NCBI GenBank assembly: GCA_913058295.1
Contig: CAJXRD010000007.1
Span: 15,771 to 79,770 of the forward strand
Direction: 5' to 3'
Origin: an uncultured Flavobacteriales bacterium
GTDB lineage: Bacteria > Bacteroidota > Bacteroidia > Flavobacteriales > Flavobacteriaceae
Length of the DNA stretch: 64,000 nt
Part shown: in pieces, positions 9,926 through 19,507 of the stretch
Position numbering within the stretch: the stretch's first letter is position 1
Layout of the letters: each line of letters begins with the position of its first letter
Translations under genes and position numbers: made by a program
The notes under the pieces: generated by a model
Database searches by the model: none
What the model was told of the DNA's origin: nothing
The model's input: only the letters and a program-made list of their open reading frames with translations

Positions 9926-10813
9926 ATGGGTAAATTACAACTAGAGTCAGAAAACATACAAGAAGGTATTGAAAACGTGCAAGAAAGCGTAGAGAGTATA
10001 CAAGATGACGCACAAGTGTGGATAGATAAGTTAATAGAGTTTGGATCTGAGTATGGATTAAAACTTCTTGGAGCTATTGCAATATGGATGATAGGTTCAT
10101 GGGTGATAAGGAGAATAAAAAGGTTGCTGGATAAAGCAATGGATAAGGTAGAATATGATGAAAGTTTAGAGAAATTTATTACAAGCCTTGTTGTTATTGC
10201 TTTAAAAATATTACTTGTTGTTATTATATTGGGTAATCTAGGGGTCGAGACAACTTCTTTCGCTGCTCTTTTAGCTGCAGGTGGTTTAGCGGTAGGCCTT
10301 TCTTTACAAGGTTCTTTATCCAATTTTGCTGGTGGAATATTAATATTGATATTAAAACCTTATAAAACAGGCGACTTTATTGAAGCTCAAGGGGAAACTG
10401 GACATGTAAAAGAGATTCAAATTTTCAATACCAAGATAAATACTATGGATAATAAAGAGGTAATTATTCCAAATGGAGCTTTGTCTAATGGAAATATAAC
10501 CAATTTTACTTCCGAAAAATTTCGTAGAGTAGATTTGGTAATAGGAGTTAGTTATAATTCAGACATTAAACAAACTAAGGATTTGCTTCTTAAAGTTTTA
10601 AAAGAAAATGCTAAGGTAGTTTCTGAACCTGCACCTATGATTGTTTTAGGTGAATTGGCCGATAGCTCTGTTAATTTTTATGTAAGACCTTGGGTACATA
10701 GTCCAGATTATTGGGATGTATATTTTCAGGTAATGGAAAGTTGTAAAATTGAATTAGATAAAGCTGGAATCGAAATTCCTTTTCCACAAATGGATATTCA
10801 TAAAAAGAGTTGA
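9926..10813 (+). CDS. mscS: Small-conductance mechanosensitive channel, copy 1
   Basis: TM3 motif AAGGLAVGLSLQGSLSNFAGG, GDFIE, IPNG, NIT, IEIPFPQ. Confidence 0.95.
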   Translation: MGKLQLESENIQEGIENVQESVESIQDDAQVWIDKLIEFGSEYGLKLLGAIAIWMIGSWVIRRIKRLLDKAMDKVEYDESLEKFITSLVVIALKILLVVIILGNLGVETTSFAALLAAGGLAVGLSLQGSLSNFAGGILILILKPYKTGDFIEAQGETGHVKEIQIFNTKINTMDNKEVIIPNGALSNGNITNFTSEKFRRVDLVIGVSYNSDIKQTKDLLLKVLKENAKVVSEPAPMIVLGELADSSVNFYVRPWVHSPDYWDVYFQVMESCKIELDKAGIEIPFPQMDIHKKS

Positions 10814-10834
10814 TAATAAGATTGATTTAAAAAC

Positions 10835-10870
10835 AAAGCCACTAATATTTATTAGTGGCTTTTTCTTTTT
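10835..10870 (+). terminator. Intrinsic terminator between the two mscS genes
   Basis: Perfect stem AAAGCCACTAAT / ATTAGTGGCTTT followed by a T-rich tail. Confidence 0.85.
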
Positions 10871-10921
10871 ATACTTTTTAATGTTTTGTTTCTTTGCAAA
10901 TTATTAACAAAACTAAATATT

Positions 10922-11740
10922 ATGGAAAACATTGATGTACAATTATGGGTGGATAAATTTAAAGCAATTGGTATTGAGTATGGACTAAAAATTTTGGGAG
11001 CTATTGCAATATGGTTTATAGGTTCTTGGATTATTAAAAGAATTAAAAGCCTGCTCGTCAAAGCCATGGACAAAGTGGAATACGATGAGAGCTTAGAGAA
11101 ATTTATTTCAAGTTTAATTGTTGGATTACTTAAAGTATTATTAGCTGTAGTTATTCTAGGTTATCTAGGTATAGAAACTACATCGTTTGCAGCAATATTG
11201 GCAGCAGGTGGTTTAGCTATTGGCTTATCACTACAGGGTTCTTTATCTAATTTTGCTGGTGGAGTTTTAATACTAATATTAAAGCCATTTAAAACTGGGG
11301 ATTATATAGAAGCACAAGGGCAAGCTGGAACCGTAAAAGAAATTGAAATATTTACTACTAAGCTTAATACTCCTGATAATAAAGAGATTATAGTTCCCAA
11401 CGGAATTTTATCTAACGGAAACATTACCAACTATTCTACAGAAAAACAAAGAAGAGTAGATATCGTTATGGGAGTGAGTTATGATGCAGATATTAAACAA
11501 ACCAAAGAGGTTTTAATGAAAATTTTAATGGACTGCGAAAAAACTCTTAAAGACCCTGCACCGGTAGTAAATGTAAGAGAATTAGCAGATAGCTCTGTTA
11601 ATTTTAATGTACGTCCTTGGGTATTAAGTGAAGATTATTGGGATGTGTATTTTGAATTAATGGAAACTTGTAAAATTGAATTAGACAAGGCAGGAATCGA
11701 AATTCCTTATCCACAAATGGATATTCATAAAAAGAATTAA
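10922..11740 (+). CDS. mscS: Small-conductance mechanosensitive channel, copy 2
   Basis: Same motifs as copy 1. I prefer the ATG at 10922 (A-rich leader) over the track's TTG at 10886. Confidence 0.95.
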   Translation: MENIDVQLWVDKFKAIGIEYGLKILGAIAIWFIGSWIIKRIKSLLVKAMDKVEYDESLEKFISSLIVGLLKVLLAVVILGYLGIETTSFAAILAAGGLAIGLSLQGSLSNFAGGVLILILKPFKTGDYIEAQGQAGTVKEIEIFTTKLNTPDNKEIIVPNGILSNGNITNYSTEKQRRVDIVMGVSYDADIKQTKEVLMKILMDCEKTLKDPAPVVNVRELADSSVNFNVRPWVLSEDYWDVYFELMETCKIELDKAGIEIPYPQMDIHKKN

Positions 11741-11760
11741 ATAAAAAATATCTAAATTGA

Positions 11761-11800
11761 AAAACCCGAAAACTGTAATTAAAAGTTTTCGGGTTTTCTT
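11761..11800. terminator. Bidirectional terminator between mscS2 and the symporter
   Basis: AAAACCCGAAAACT, 9-nt loop, AGTTTTCGGGTTTT. Confidence 0.85.
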
Positions 11801-11819
11801 TTATAAAGACGATTGGTTA

Positions 11820-13127
11820 TTATTTCACGTCCTCATAATTATCATCCCAATCTTTTACTTTAGGGTCTCCTAATTTACCTATAGATTTTGCAACTATCAT
11901 AGAAACAGCAGCATCCCCAGTAACATTTACAGTAGTTCTGCACATATCTAATGGTCTGTCTACAGCAAAAATTAGCGCAAGTCCTGCTTCTGGAATTCCC
12001 GCATAACCTAAAACTCCAACCAGCATTACCATTCCTGCTCCTGGTACCGCAGCAGATCCTATGGAAGCTAAAGTTGCAGTTGCTATAATTCCTAATTGTG
12101 TTCCAAATGATAAGTCCATACCAAAGGCTTGTGCTATAAATACTGCAGCAACTGCTTGATACAAACTTGTTCCGTCCATATTTATAGTAGCTCCTATAGG
12201 AAGTACAAAACTTGAAACCTCCTCCTCTACTCCTAAATGTTCAGTTACTCTTTCCATAGTTACAGGTAACGTTGCTGCACTAGAACTTGTAGAAAATGCC
12301 AATAATTGTGCAGGTGAAATTCCGTTTATGAAAAAATTTGGTTTTTTCTTAGTATATAAAAAGACAATTAAAATGTAAATCCCAATCATTAGAAGTAAAC
12401 CTAAAACTACTGTAAGTGCATACCAACCCAATGCTTTGAACAGATCTACACTAGGTGACTCTACTACTAAAGCTGCCAATAAAGCGAAAACTCCGTATGG
12501 AGCAGCTAGCATAATTAAATCTACCATTTTTAAGATGACTTCATTAAAGCCATCAAAGAATTTTTTTACGGTTTCTCCTTTTTCTTCTGGAATTAATATC
12601 AAGCCTATTCCGAAAAAGACAGCAAAGAAGATCACTTGTAACATATTACGGTTACTTGTAGCTGCTGCAAATATATTTTGAGGCACTAGGTCTTCTAAGG
12701 CTTGTAAAGGTCCAGATTCTTTTTGTTTTAATGCGGTTTCTTGATATTTAGCAGTATTGCCACTATAGTTTTCTACCATTTCAGTTCTAGTCTTTTCTGA
12801 AATAGCTTTCCCTGGGCTTATCGTATTTACCAAAATCAATCCTATAGAAACTGCAATTACTGTAGTCATTATATAAATAATAATGGTTCGTGTGCCCATT
12901 TTTGACAGCTTTGAAATGTCTTTTAAATCGGATACCCCTTTTATTAAAGCTGCTAATATTAATGGTATTGCAATTAATTTTAAAGAGTTAATAAATATTT
13001 TTCCGAAGGGTTTTATCCAATCCTGAACCATTTGCATTCCACCATCTACCATGGTCATTAAAAGTCCAACTATGACTCCTAAAGCCATTCCAATAAGTAT
13101 TTTCCAGTGTAATGCTAGTTTTTTCAT
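11820..13127 (-). CDS. Dicarboxylate/amino acid:cation symporter (GltP/DctA family)
   Basis: AFSTSSSAATLP, LPIGATINMDGT and DRPLDMCRTTVNVTGD motifs. ATG start at 13127. Confidence 0.95.
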   Translation of the reverse strand: MKKLALHWKILIGMALGVIVGLLMTMVDGGMQMVQDWIKPFGKIFINSLKLIAIPLILAALIKGVSDLKDISKLSKMGTRTIIIYIMTTVIAVSIGLILVNTISPGKAISEKTRTEMVENYSGNTAKYQETALKQKESGPLQALEDLVPQNIFAAATSNRNMLQVIFFAVFFGIGLILIPEEKGETVKKFFDGFNEVILKMVDLIMLAAPYGVFALLAALVVESPSVDLFKALGWYALTVVLGLLLMIGIYILIVFLYTKKKPNFFINGISPAQLLAFSTSSSAATLPVTMERVTEHLGVEEEVSSFVLPIGATINMDGTSLYQAVAAVFIAQAFGMDLSFGTQLGIIATATLASIGSAAVPGAGMVMLVGVLGYAGIPEAGLALIFAVDRPLDMCRTTVNVTGDAAVSMIVAKSIGKLGDPKVKDWDDNYEDVK

Positions 13128-13184
13128 ATTCAATGTCCGAGAAGTCGGAGAGCTTTTAATTAGTGTTTATATTTTATTCGGTTA

Positions 13185-13498
13185 CTTCGATACATTCCGA
13201 TTGTATCGGAACACTCAGCAACCTTTGCTATTCGTTATAAAGTACCCTGAGTGATTTCTTTCTTGAAATCGTATCGAAGGGTAATTAGTTTATTTCGATA
13301 CTTCAATAAAATTATCGCTAAAGCGATAATAACTCAGCAACCTTTGATTCTCTTTCGATTGGTACTCTGAGTGTCCCGATTATATTTTTAGGACCTATCG
13401 AAGCAACCTTTGCTATTCGTTATAAAGTACCCTGAGTGATTTCTTTCTTAAAATCGTATCGAAGGGTAATTAGTTTGTTTCCGCTCTGTTCAGTGACC
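13185..13498. repeat. REP/BIME-like mosaic of hairpin units (TTCGATAC-hairpin-ACTCAG in both orientations) containing a ~75-bp direct repeat
   Basis: Forward units at 13185-13218 and 13294-13337. Reverse units at 13247-13279, 13367-13403 and 13432-13464. Direct repeat 13217-13291 versus 13402-13476 with one mismatch. Confidence 0.85.
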
Positions 13499-13507
13499 AA
13501 TATATTG

Positions 13508-14572
13508 CTATAATTTGGCAGTTTTATTAATTAAAGTAAAATCTGCTAAAACCAATGCTGCCATAGCTTCTACTATGGGAACTGCCCTAGGAACAACGCA
13601 TGGGTCATGTCTACCCTTACCTTGCATTTCCACAATGTTTCCTTGATTATCTAAAGCCTTTTGTTTTTGAATTAATGTTGCAACAGGTTTAAATGCCACT
13701 CTAAAATAAATATCCATTCCGTTACTAATTCCACCTTGGATTCCTCCTGATAAATTAGTTTTGGTAGTACCATCTTCATTAAAAAGGTCGTTATGCTCGC
13801 TTCCTTTCATTTTTGTAGCACAAAATCCCGCTCCATATTCAAAACCTTTTACCGCATTAATGGATAGCATTGCTTTTCCTAATTGTGCATGAAGTTTGTC
13901 AAAAACAGGTTCTCCAAGACCAATTGGCACATTTTGCAGTACACACATCACCGTACCACCTATGGTATCTCCAGATTTTTTTATGGTTTCAATTTTAGAA
14001 ATCATTTTCTTTGCAGTTTCTTCATCTGGACAACGAAGCATATTGGATTCAATCTTATCAAAATCCAAATCTTGATATGGTTTATTTATATAAATATCTC
14101 CAACGGAAGATACAAAAGCATTTATTTTAATGTCTTTAACAAATTGTTTTGCTATGGCGCCAGCTGCTACTCTTGAAGCTGTCTCTCTTGCAGAACTTCT
14201 TCCTCCTCCTCTATAATCCCGATGTCCATACTTTTTATCGAAAGTAAAATCGGCATGGGAAGGTCGGTATACATCTTTTATATGGGAATAGTCTTTTGAT
14301 TTCTGATTGGTGTTTTCAATAATAAAACCGATTGGTGATCCTGTAGTTTTACCTTCAAAAATACCGGACAGAAATCGTACCTCATCTTCTTCTTTACGCT
14401 GAGTAGTAATTTTTGATTGTCCAGGCTTTCTTCTGCCCATATCTGCGTTTACAACAGCTAAGTCTATTTCTAAGCCAGCAGGACAGCCATCAATAATACC
14501 ACCTATAGCCTCTCCATGTGATTCGCCAAAAGTGGTGAGTTTAAATAAATTTCCGAAGGAATTACCAGCCAT
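13508..14572 (-). CDS. aroC: Chorismate synthase
   Basis: [33 protein letters not shown] and [11 protein letters not shown]. True start is the ATG at 14572. A TACATTTG -7 box lies just upstream (plus strand 14588-14595). Confidence 0.98.
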   Translation of the reverse strand: MAGNSFGNLFKLTTFGESHGEAIGGIIDGCPAGLEIDLAVVNADMGRRKPGQSKITTQRKEEDEVRFLSGIFEGKTTGSPIGFIIENTNQKSKDYSHIKDVYRPSHADFTFDKKYGHRDYRGGGRSSARETASRVAAGAIAKQFVKDIKINAFVSSVGDIYINKPYQDLDFDKIESNMLRCPDEETAKKMISKIETIKKSGDTIGGTVMCVLQNVPIGLGEPVFDKLHAQLGKAMLSINAVKGFEYGAGFCATKMKGSEHNDLFNEDGTTKTNLSGGIQGGISNGMDIYFRVAFKPVATLIQKQKALDNQGNIVEMQGKGRHDPCVVPRAVPIVEAMAALVLADFTLINKTAKL

Positions 14573-14647
14573 AGTTAGGTTTTCAACAAATGTAAATTTT
14601 AATAACAGAATAACCAAAAGATAATTAGATGGTGTTTTTATGTTTAT

Positions 14648-14765
14648 TGTCTTTACGAGCTTATTCAAGCGAAGTAATCTCATGAAATTTGTTATAATCA
14701 TGGGGTTGCTTCGGTCATTCGTGCCTCATTTTCTCGCAAAGACAAGTGCCTTTCTTGCAAAGACA
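14648..14765. repeat. REP-like palindromic element (TGTCTTTACGA...GAAGTAATCT...GGTTGCTTCG...TCGCAAAGACA) with a duplicated right end
   Basis: Arms match the elements at 43979-44051 and 44638-44698. An extra TTGCAAAGACA follows at about 14755-14765. Confidence 0.75.
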
Positions 14766-14771
14766 GAACAA

Positions 14772-17681
14772 TTACAACAATGCTTGCCGCAAAATACTAA
14801 TAGGATGCAAAGCGATTTTTTGGGTACCATCCTTAATTTGATGCCTGCAACTAGTACCGTTTGCCGCGATAATAACTTCTTCTGATGCATTTCTAACCGT
14901 TGGGAATAACTTTAACTCCCCTATTTGCATACTTATTTCGTACTTGTCTTTTTCAAAACCAAAACTTCCTGCCATTCCACAACAGCCAGAAGGAATAATG
15001 GTAGGTTTGTAATTAATTGGTAGATTTAATATATCGAAAGTTACTTTCTGATTGCTCAAAGCCTTTTGATGGCAATGGTTATGAATCTTTATTGCTTTTG
15101 ATTCTTTAGTGAATGATGAGGCGTTTATGTTTCCTATTTCTATTTCGGAAGCTAAAAACTCTTCCATTAGAAAAGAACTAGTTGCTATTTTTTTAGCAGA
15201 AGTGATGTCGTCTGCTAATCTTAGATATTCATCTCTAAACCCTAGTATTGCTGAAGGCTCAATTCCGAGTAAAGGCATTTCTTCTGAAACTTTATCCTTT
15301 AAAAATTCAATATTATAATTAATGGTTTCTTTTGCTTGAATAAGAAATCCTTTGGAAAGTAAAGCTCTAGCACTATCCAAACTATCAATTAGCCTAACTT
15401 TATATCCTAATTTCAGGAGTAATAAATAACTATCTTCTGCAATGTTTGCATCTAGATAATTACTGAATTCATCCACAAACAAAAAGACCTCTTTTAAAAC
15501 ACTATTTTCTTGTACTACAATATGTTGTGATAGTTTAGTGAAACTACTGGTTGACATAAATGGCAAGCTTCGTTTAGGAGCAATTCCACTAATATTTTTT
15601 ATAATTAAAGAAGCTATCGGATTACTAAATAAGGCATTGGATAAAACAGGGAATTTTGCAGCCATTTCATAATTCTTACTACTATTTCCAAAGAGCTTAT
15701 CTGCAAAGCTATGAGAATGGGTTTTATGATATTGGTATAAGAATTCTGCCTTTGCAGTTGCTATATCTACATTACTTGGACATTCGGTAGCACAAGCTTT
15801 ACAACTTAGACAAAGGCTAAAAGCCTCTTTTAGTTCTTTAGCATCAAACTTATTAAGCGCTTGGTTGTTGCTTAAGACTTCCCGTAAAACATTAGCTCTC
15901 CCTCTTGTAGTATGTTTTTCATTTTTTGTAGCTTGATAGCTTGGGCACATCGTCCCACTAGACTTTTCAGTTTTACGACAGTCCCCGCTTCCATTACACT
16001 TTTCAGCCAAACGAAGAATTCCTTCAGAATCATTAAAATTGATTATGGTATTAATTAGTGGGGCTTCTTTATCTGGAGTATATCGCAAATCCTCATCCAT
16101 AGGAAAAGCATCGATAATCTTTCCTGGATTAAAGATGTTATTTGGATCAAAGCTTGATTTAATTCGCTTCAGAAGTGCATAATTAATATCACCAATCAAT
16201 ATTGGTAAAAATTCTCCACGAACAATCCCATCCCCATGTTCTCCAGAAAATGAACCTTGATACTTTTTTACCAGCTTGGCAACTTCTGTTGTAATTTCTC
16301 TAAAATAACGTACTCCTTCAGATTCCTTAAGATTTAGTATAGGACGCAGATGCAACTCCCCTGCTCCTGCATGAGCATAATACACCGCTTTCTGCTGAAA
16401 ACGTTCCATTAGTTGGGTGAATTCCTGAATATACGATGACAGATCTGATAAGGCTACTGCAGTATCCTCAATACAGGCAACCGCTTTTTTATCTCCTACC
16501 ATATTCCCCAATAATCCCAAGCCTGCCTTGCGAAGTTCTAAAACTTTATGAATATCCTCTCCCTTTAATACAGGGTGAGCATCACTTAATCCAGAGTTTT
16601 TTAAGCTTAACAATAAGCCGTCAATTTGATTTTGTAAATCTTCTTCAGTTTCAGATTTTAATTCTAATAGTAATAATGCCTTGGGCTTACCTTCAATAAA
16701 AAAACGGTATTCTTTGTATTTTTTATTGTTCTTAGTACAATCCAAAATAAAATCATCCATCATTTCGCAAGTATGCAATGAGTGTTTCATCACATTAGTA
16801 ACATCGTTTAAGCAATTGAACAGGCTTTCATAATGGGCAACAACCATCGCAGCTTGGGATGATGGTAGATCGTCTAGCTGTAGTGTTATTTCTGTTGTAA
16901 AAGCTAAGGTTCCTTCACTTCCACAAAGTAATGCAGCGAGATTGATGTGTTTTTCTGAACCCCCAAATAATTCTGATTTTAATAAAGCATCTACAGCATA
17001 TCCGGTATTACGCCTATGAATTTCCCGTTTGGGAAACTGATTCCAAATTTCTTCTTGTGCTTCGGAAGATCTTAATTCTGAATAAATAGTATTATAAATA
17101 TTCCCTTCCAAAGTATTTTCTTTTGTTTTCTGAAGAAATTCTTCCGAAGTGAATTCCTTAAAGACAATTTCCTCTCCATTAGAAAGAATACATTTTAATT
17201 CTAGCACCTTATCTCTGGTCACTCCGTATTGAATAGAAGTAGTACCACTGGAGTTATTGCCAACCATCCCTCCTATCATACACCGGTTGGAAGTTGACGT
17301 GTTTGGTCCAAAGAAAAGGTTATAGGGTTTTAAGTATTGATTTAGCTCATCTCTAATGACACCTGGTTGTAAAGTAACAGTCTTATTCTTTGCATCAACT
17401 CTAATAATCTTAGTGAAGTGCTTAGAAACATCCACAACTATTCCCTCACCTACACATTGACCAGCTAAAGATGTACCTGCTGTGCGCGGAATTAAGGAAG
17501 TATTATGTTCTTCTGCAAAGAGTATTAATTGCTGTATGTCTTTTTCATCTTTAGGAAAGGCTACTGCTAAAGGAAGTTTTCGATATACAGAAGCATCTGT
17601 CGCATAAAGCATTTGGTACAAGGTATCGTCTTGGATTTCTCCCTGAAAATGTTTTTTGAAATCTGCTAGAGATTGTTTCAT
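14772..17681 (-). CDS. FAD-binding and Fe-S-binding oxidoreductase (FAD-linked oxidase, YdiJ/Dld-II-like)
   Basis: PRTAGTSLAGQ, GSEGTLAF, AHAGAGELH and SGEHGDG motifs. Fe-S motifs CNGSGDC, CPSY, CLSCKACATECP. C-terminal CCGMAGSFG. Confidence 0.92.
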   Translation of the reverse strand: MKQSLADFKKHFQGEIQDDTLYQMLYATDASVYRKLPLAVAFPKDEKDIQQLILFAEEHNTSLIPRTAGTSLAGQCVGEGIVVDVSKHFTKIIRVDAKNKTVTLQPGVIRDELNQYLKPYNLFFGPNTSTSNRCMIGGMVGNNSSGTTSIQYGVTRDKVLELKCILSNGEEIVFKEFTSEEFLQKTKENTLEGNIYNTIYSELRSSEAQEEIWNQFPKREIHRRNTGYAVDALLKSELFGGSEKHINLAALLCGSEGTLAFTTEITLQLDDLPSSQAAMVVAHYESLFNCLNDVTNVMKHSLHTCEMMDDFILDCTKNNKKYKEYRFFIEGKPKALLLLELKSETEEDLQNQIDGLLLSLKNSGLSDAHPVLKGEDIHKVLELRKAGLGLLGNMVGDKKAVACIEDTAVALSDLSSYIQEFTQLMERFQQKAVYYAHAGAGELHLRPILNLKESEGVRYFREITTEVAKLVKKYQGSFSGEHGDGIVRGEFLPILIGDINYALLKRIKSSFDPNNIFNPGKIIDAFPMDEDLRYTPDKEAPLINTIINFNDSEGILRLAEKCNGSGDCRKTEKSSGTMCPSYQATKNEKHTTRGRANVLREVLSNNQALNKFDAKELKEAFSLCLSCKACATECPSNVDIATAKAEFLYQYHKTHSHSFADKLFGNSSKNYEMAAKFPVLSNALFSNPIASLIIKNISGIAPKRSLPFMSTSSFTKLSQHIVVQENSVLKEVFLFVDEFSNYLDANIAEDSYLLLLKLGYKVRLIDSLDSARALLSKGFLIQAKETINYNIEFLKDKVSEEMPLLGIEPSAILGFRDEYLRLADDITSAKKIATSSFLMEEFLASEIEIGNINASSFTKESKAIKIHNHCHQKALSNQKVTFDILNLPINYKPTIIPSGCCGMAGSFGFEKDKYEISMQIGELKLFPTVRNASEEVIIAANGTSCRHQIKDGTQKIALHPISILRQALL

Positions 17682-17838
17682 ACAGCTTTTGTAAATGTAT
17701 TGCAAAAATTATCTATTAGCAATAGAGTATAAAAGCAAAAAGGACTTAATTTTCTAATTGAAGAATCCTTTAAAATATTTATATTTTGAAATGTAACTTT
17801 ATAAACCTTTATAACACTTATGATTAATGCATTTGTAA

Positions 17839-18765
17839 ATGAAAAAATATTTCCAATTACATTTTAAATTAATAAATAGGAGACTAATCGATTTTGGTTT
17901 GCCTCTTATTGTTGGCTATATACTTTTGTTATTGGTGTTTTATTTTGGGTCTGAATATCTATTTTCAAAAACAGAATTTGCTAAATACATTTATGGATTC
18001 GTAGCACTGGGATTCGTATCTAGGCTAAGTGAAGCGAAAAGAAACGATTTTATAAAATCTATCTTTGGGACTTCTGCTTTTCTAAAAATACGAATGCTAG
18101 AGAATTTAATATATGCATTCCCATTTGCATTATTTTTAATCTATAAGGAAGAGTTTGTTATGTCTTTTCTATTAATGGTTAGTAGCTTATTATTAGTAAT
18201 ATTCAATTTCAATGTAAATCTTAATTTTACAATTCCAACACCCTTTGGAAAAAAGCCTTTTGAGTTTGTCACAGGGTTCCGGAAAACATTTTTCATATTC
18301 CCATTTGCATACCTTTTAACTTATGCTGCAATTGACGTGAACAACTTTAATTTGGGTATTTTTTCTTTATTATTAATAGGCCTCATTTGCCTTTCTTACT
18401 ATATAAAACCTGAAAATGAATATTATGTTTGGAACTATAGTTTGACCCCAAAAGATTTTTTAATTGAAAAACTAAAAATTGGTTTGCTGTATTATACGGC
18501 ATTAAGCATTCCAATATTAATAGCCTTGGGTATTTTCTTTTATAATGAAATTGGAATCTTGTTAGTTTTCTTTATCATTTCCTATGCCTATATTATTGCT
18601 ATAATTTTAGCCAAATATTCAGCTTTTCCAGACGAAATGAGTTTGCCTCAAGGAATTCTAATTGCATTGAGTTTTATGTTCCCTCCTATTTTAATAGGAC
18701 TTATCCCTTATTTTTATTCACTGTCTGTAAAAAGATTAACAACACTATTGAATGATTCAAATTAA
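17839..18765 (+). CDS. Putative ABC transporter permease (polytopic membrane protein)
   Basis: About 9 hydrophobic segments. Overlaps the start of the downstream ABC ATPase. Confidence 0.7.
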   Translation: MKKYFQLHFKLINRRLIDFGLPLIVGYILLLLVFYFGSEYLFSKTEFAKYIYGFVALGFVSRLSEAKRNDFIKSIFGTSAFLKIRMLENLIYAFPFALFLIYKEEFVMSFLLMVSSLLLVIFNFNVNLNFTIPTPFGKKPFEFVTGFRKTFFIFPFAYLLTYAAIDVNNFNLGIFSLLLIGLICLSYYIKPENEYYVWNYSLTPKDFLIEKLKIGLLYYTALSIPILIALGIFFYNEIGILLVFFIISYAYIIAIILAKYSAFPDEMSLPQGILIALSFMFPPILIGLIPYFYSLSVKRLTTLLNDSN

Positions 18766-19429
18766 AAATTTATCCAAATCCTTTGGCAAGAATCAAGTTT
18801 TAAAAAATATTGATTTGGATTTTAAGAAGGGAAAAGTATATGGTATTGTTGGTGAAAATGGCGCTGGAAAAACAACCTTATTTAGATGTATCGCTGGGCT
18901 AGAAAAATACCAAGGGGAAGTTTCTTCCACTATAAATCCATTAAAAAACCATTTGGGGCTCTTATTGACAGAGCCATTCATTTTTTCTAAAATAACTGGA
19001 AAAGAATATATACGGTTACTGGTTAATGCAAGAAAAGTAGAAATTACAGATTTAGAAGAAAGAAATGTATTTGACCTTCCACTAAATCAATATGCTTCTA
19101 CCTATTCCACAGGAATGAAAAAGAAATTAGCCTTGACAGCTATATTACTTCAGCAAAACGATTTATTTATATTAGACGAACCTTTTAATGGTGTTGACAT
19201 TCAAAGTAATCAACTCATCACTGAAATCATCCACAAATTAAAAAGCTTAGATAAATTAGTAATCTTATCTTCTCATATTTTTTCAACTTTAGCAGAAACT
19301 TGTGATGAAATTTATCTAATGAAAGATGGGGAAATTATTAAGAAGGTTATGCAAGAAGATTTTAAAAAATTGGAGCAAGAAATGAAATCCTTTACAATTG
19401 GCAATAAATTAGAAAAGCTTGGACTTTGA
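18752..19429 (+). CDS. ABC transporter ATP-binding protein
   Basis: Walker A GENGAGKTT, signature YSTGMKKK, Walker B FILDEPFNG, SSH switch. Confidence 0.95.
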   Translation: MIQIKNLSKSFGKNQVLKNIDLDFKKGKVYGIVGENGAGKTTLFRCIAGLEKYQGEVSSTINPLKNHLGLLLTEPFIFSKITGKEYIRLLVNARKVEITDLEERNVFDLPLNQYASTYSTGMKKKLALTAILLQQNDLFILDEPFNGVDIQSNQLITEIIHKLKSLDKLVILSSHIFSTLAETCDEIYLMKDGEIIKKVMQEDFKKLEQEMKSFTIGNKLEKLGL

Positions 19430-19449
19430 TTAAGTCAATAATTATTTAA

Positions 19450-19476
19450 TGTAACCCAATATCCAAAATTATCGTC
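19450..19476 (+). promoter_or_regulatory. Candidate ECF-sigma promoter (TGTAACC...CGTC)
   Basis: AAC at 19453-19455, 17-nt spacer, CGT at 19473. Lies about 30 nt upstream of the serine hydrolase ATG. Confidence 0.5.
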
Positions 19477-19507
19477 TTAGGTTTATTAACATAAATCTAA
19501 AAAAATA

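Noticed and set aside
13185-13498. CRISPR array interpretation of the repeat cluster
   Set aside because: Units alternate in orientation, the internal segments are hairpins rather than unique spacers, spacing is irregular, and no cas genes are present.
13508-14701. 43-codon N-terminal extension of AroC in the ORF track
   Set aside because: The extension runs through a REP-like element and past a -7 promoter box. The conserved protein starts at MAGNSFG (14572).
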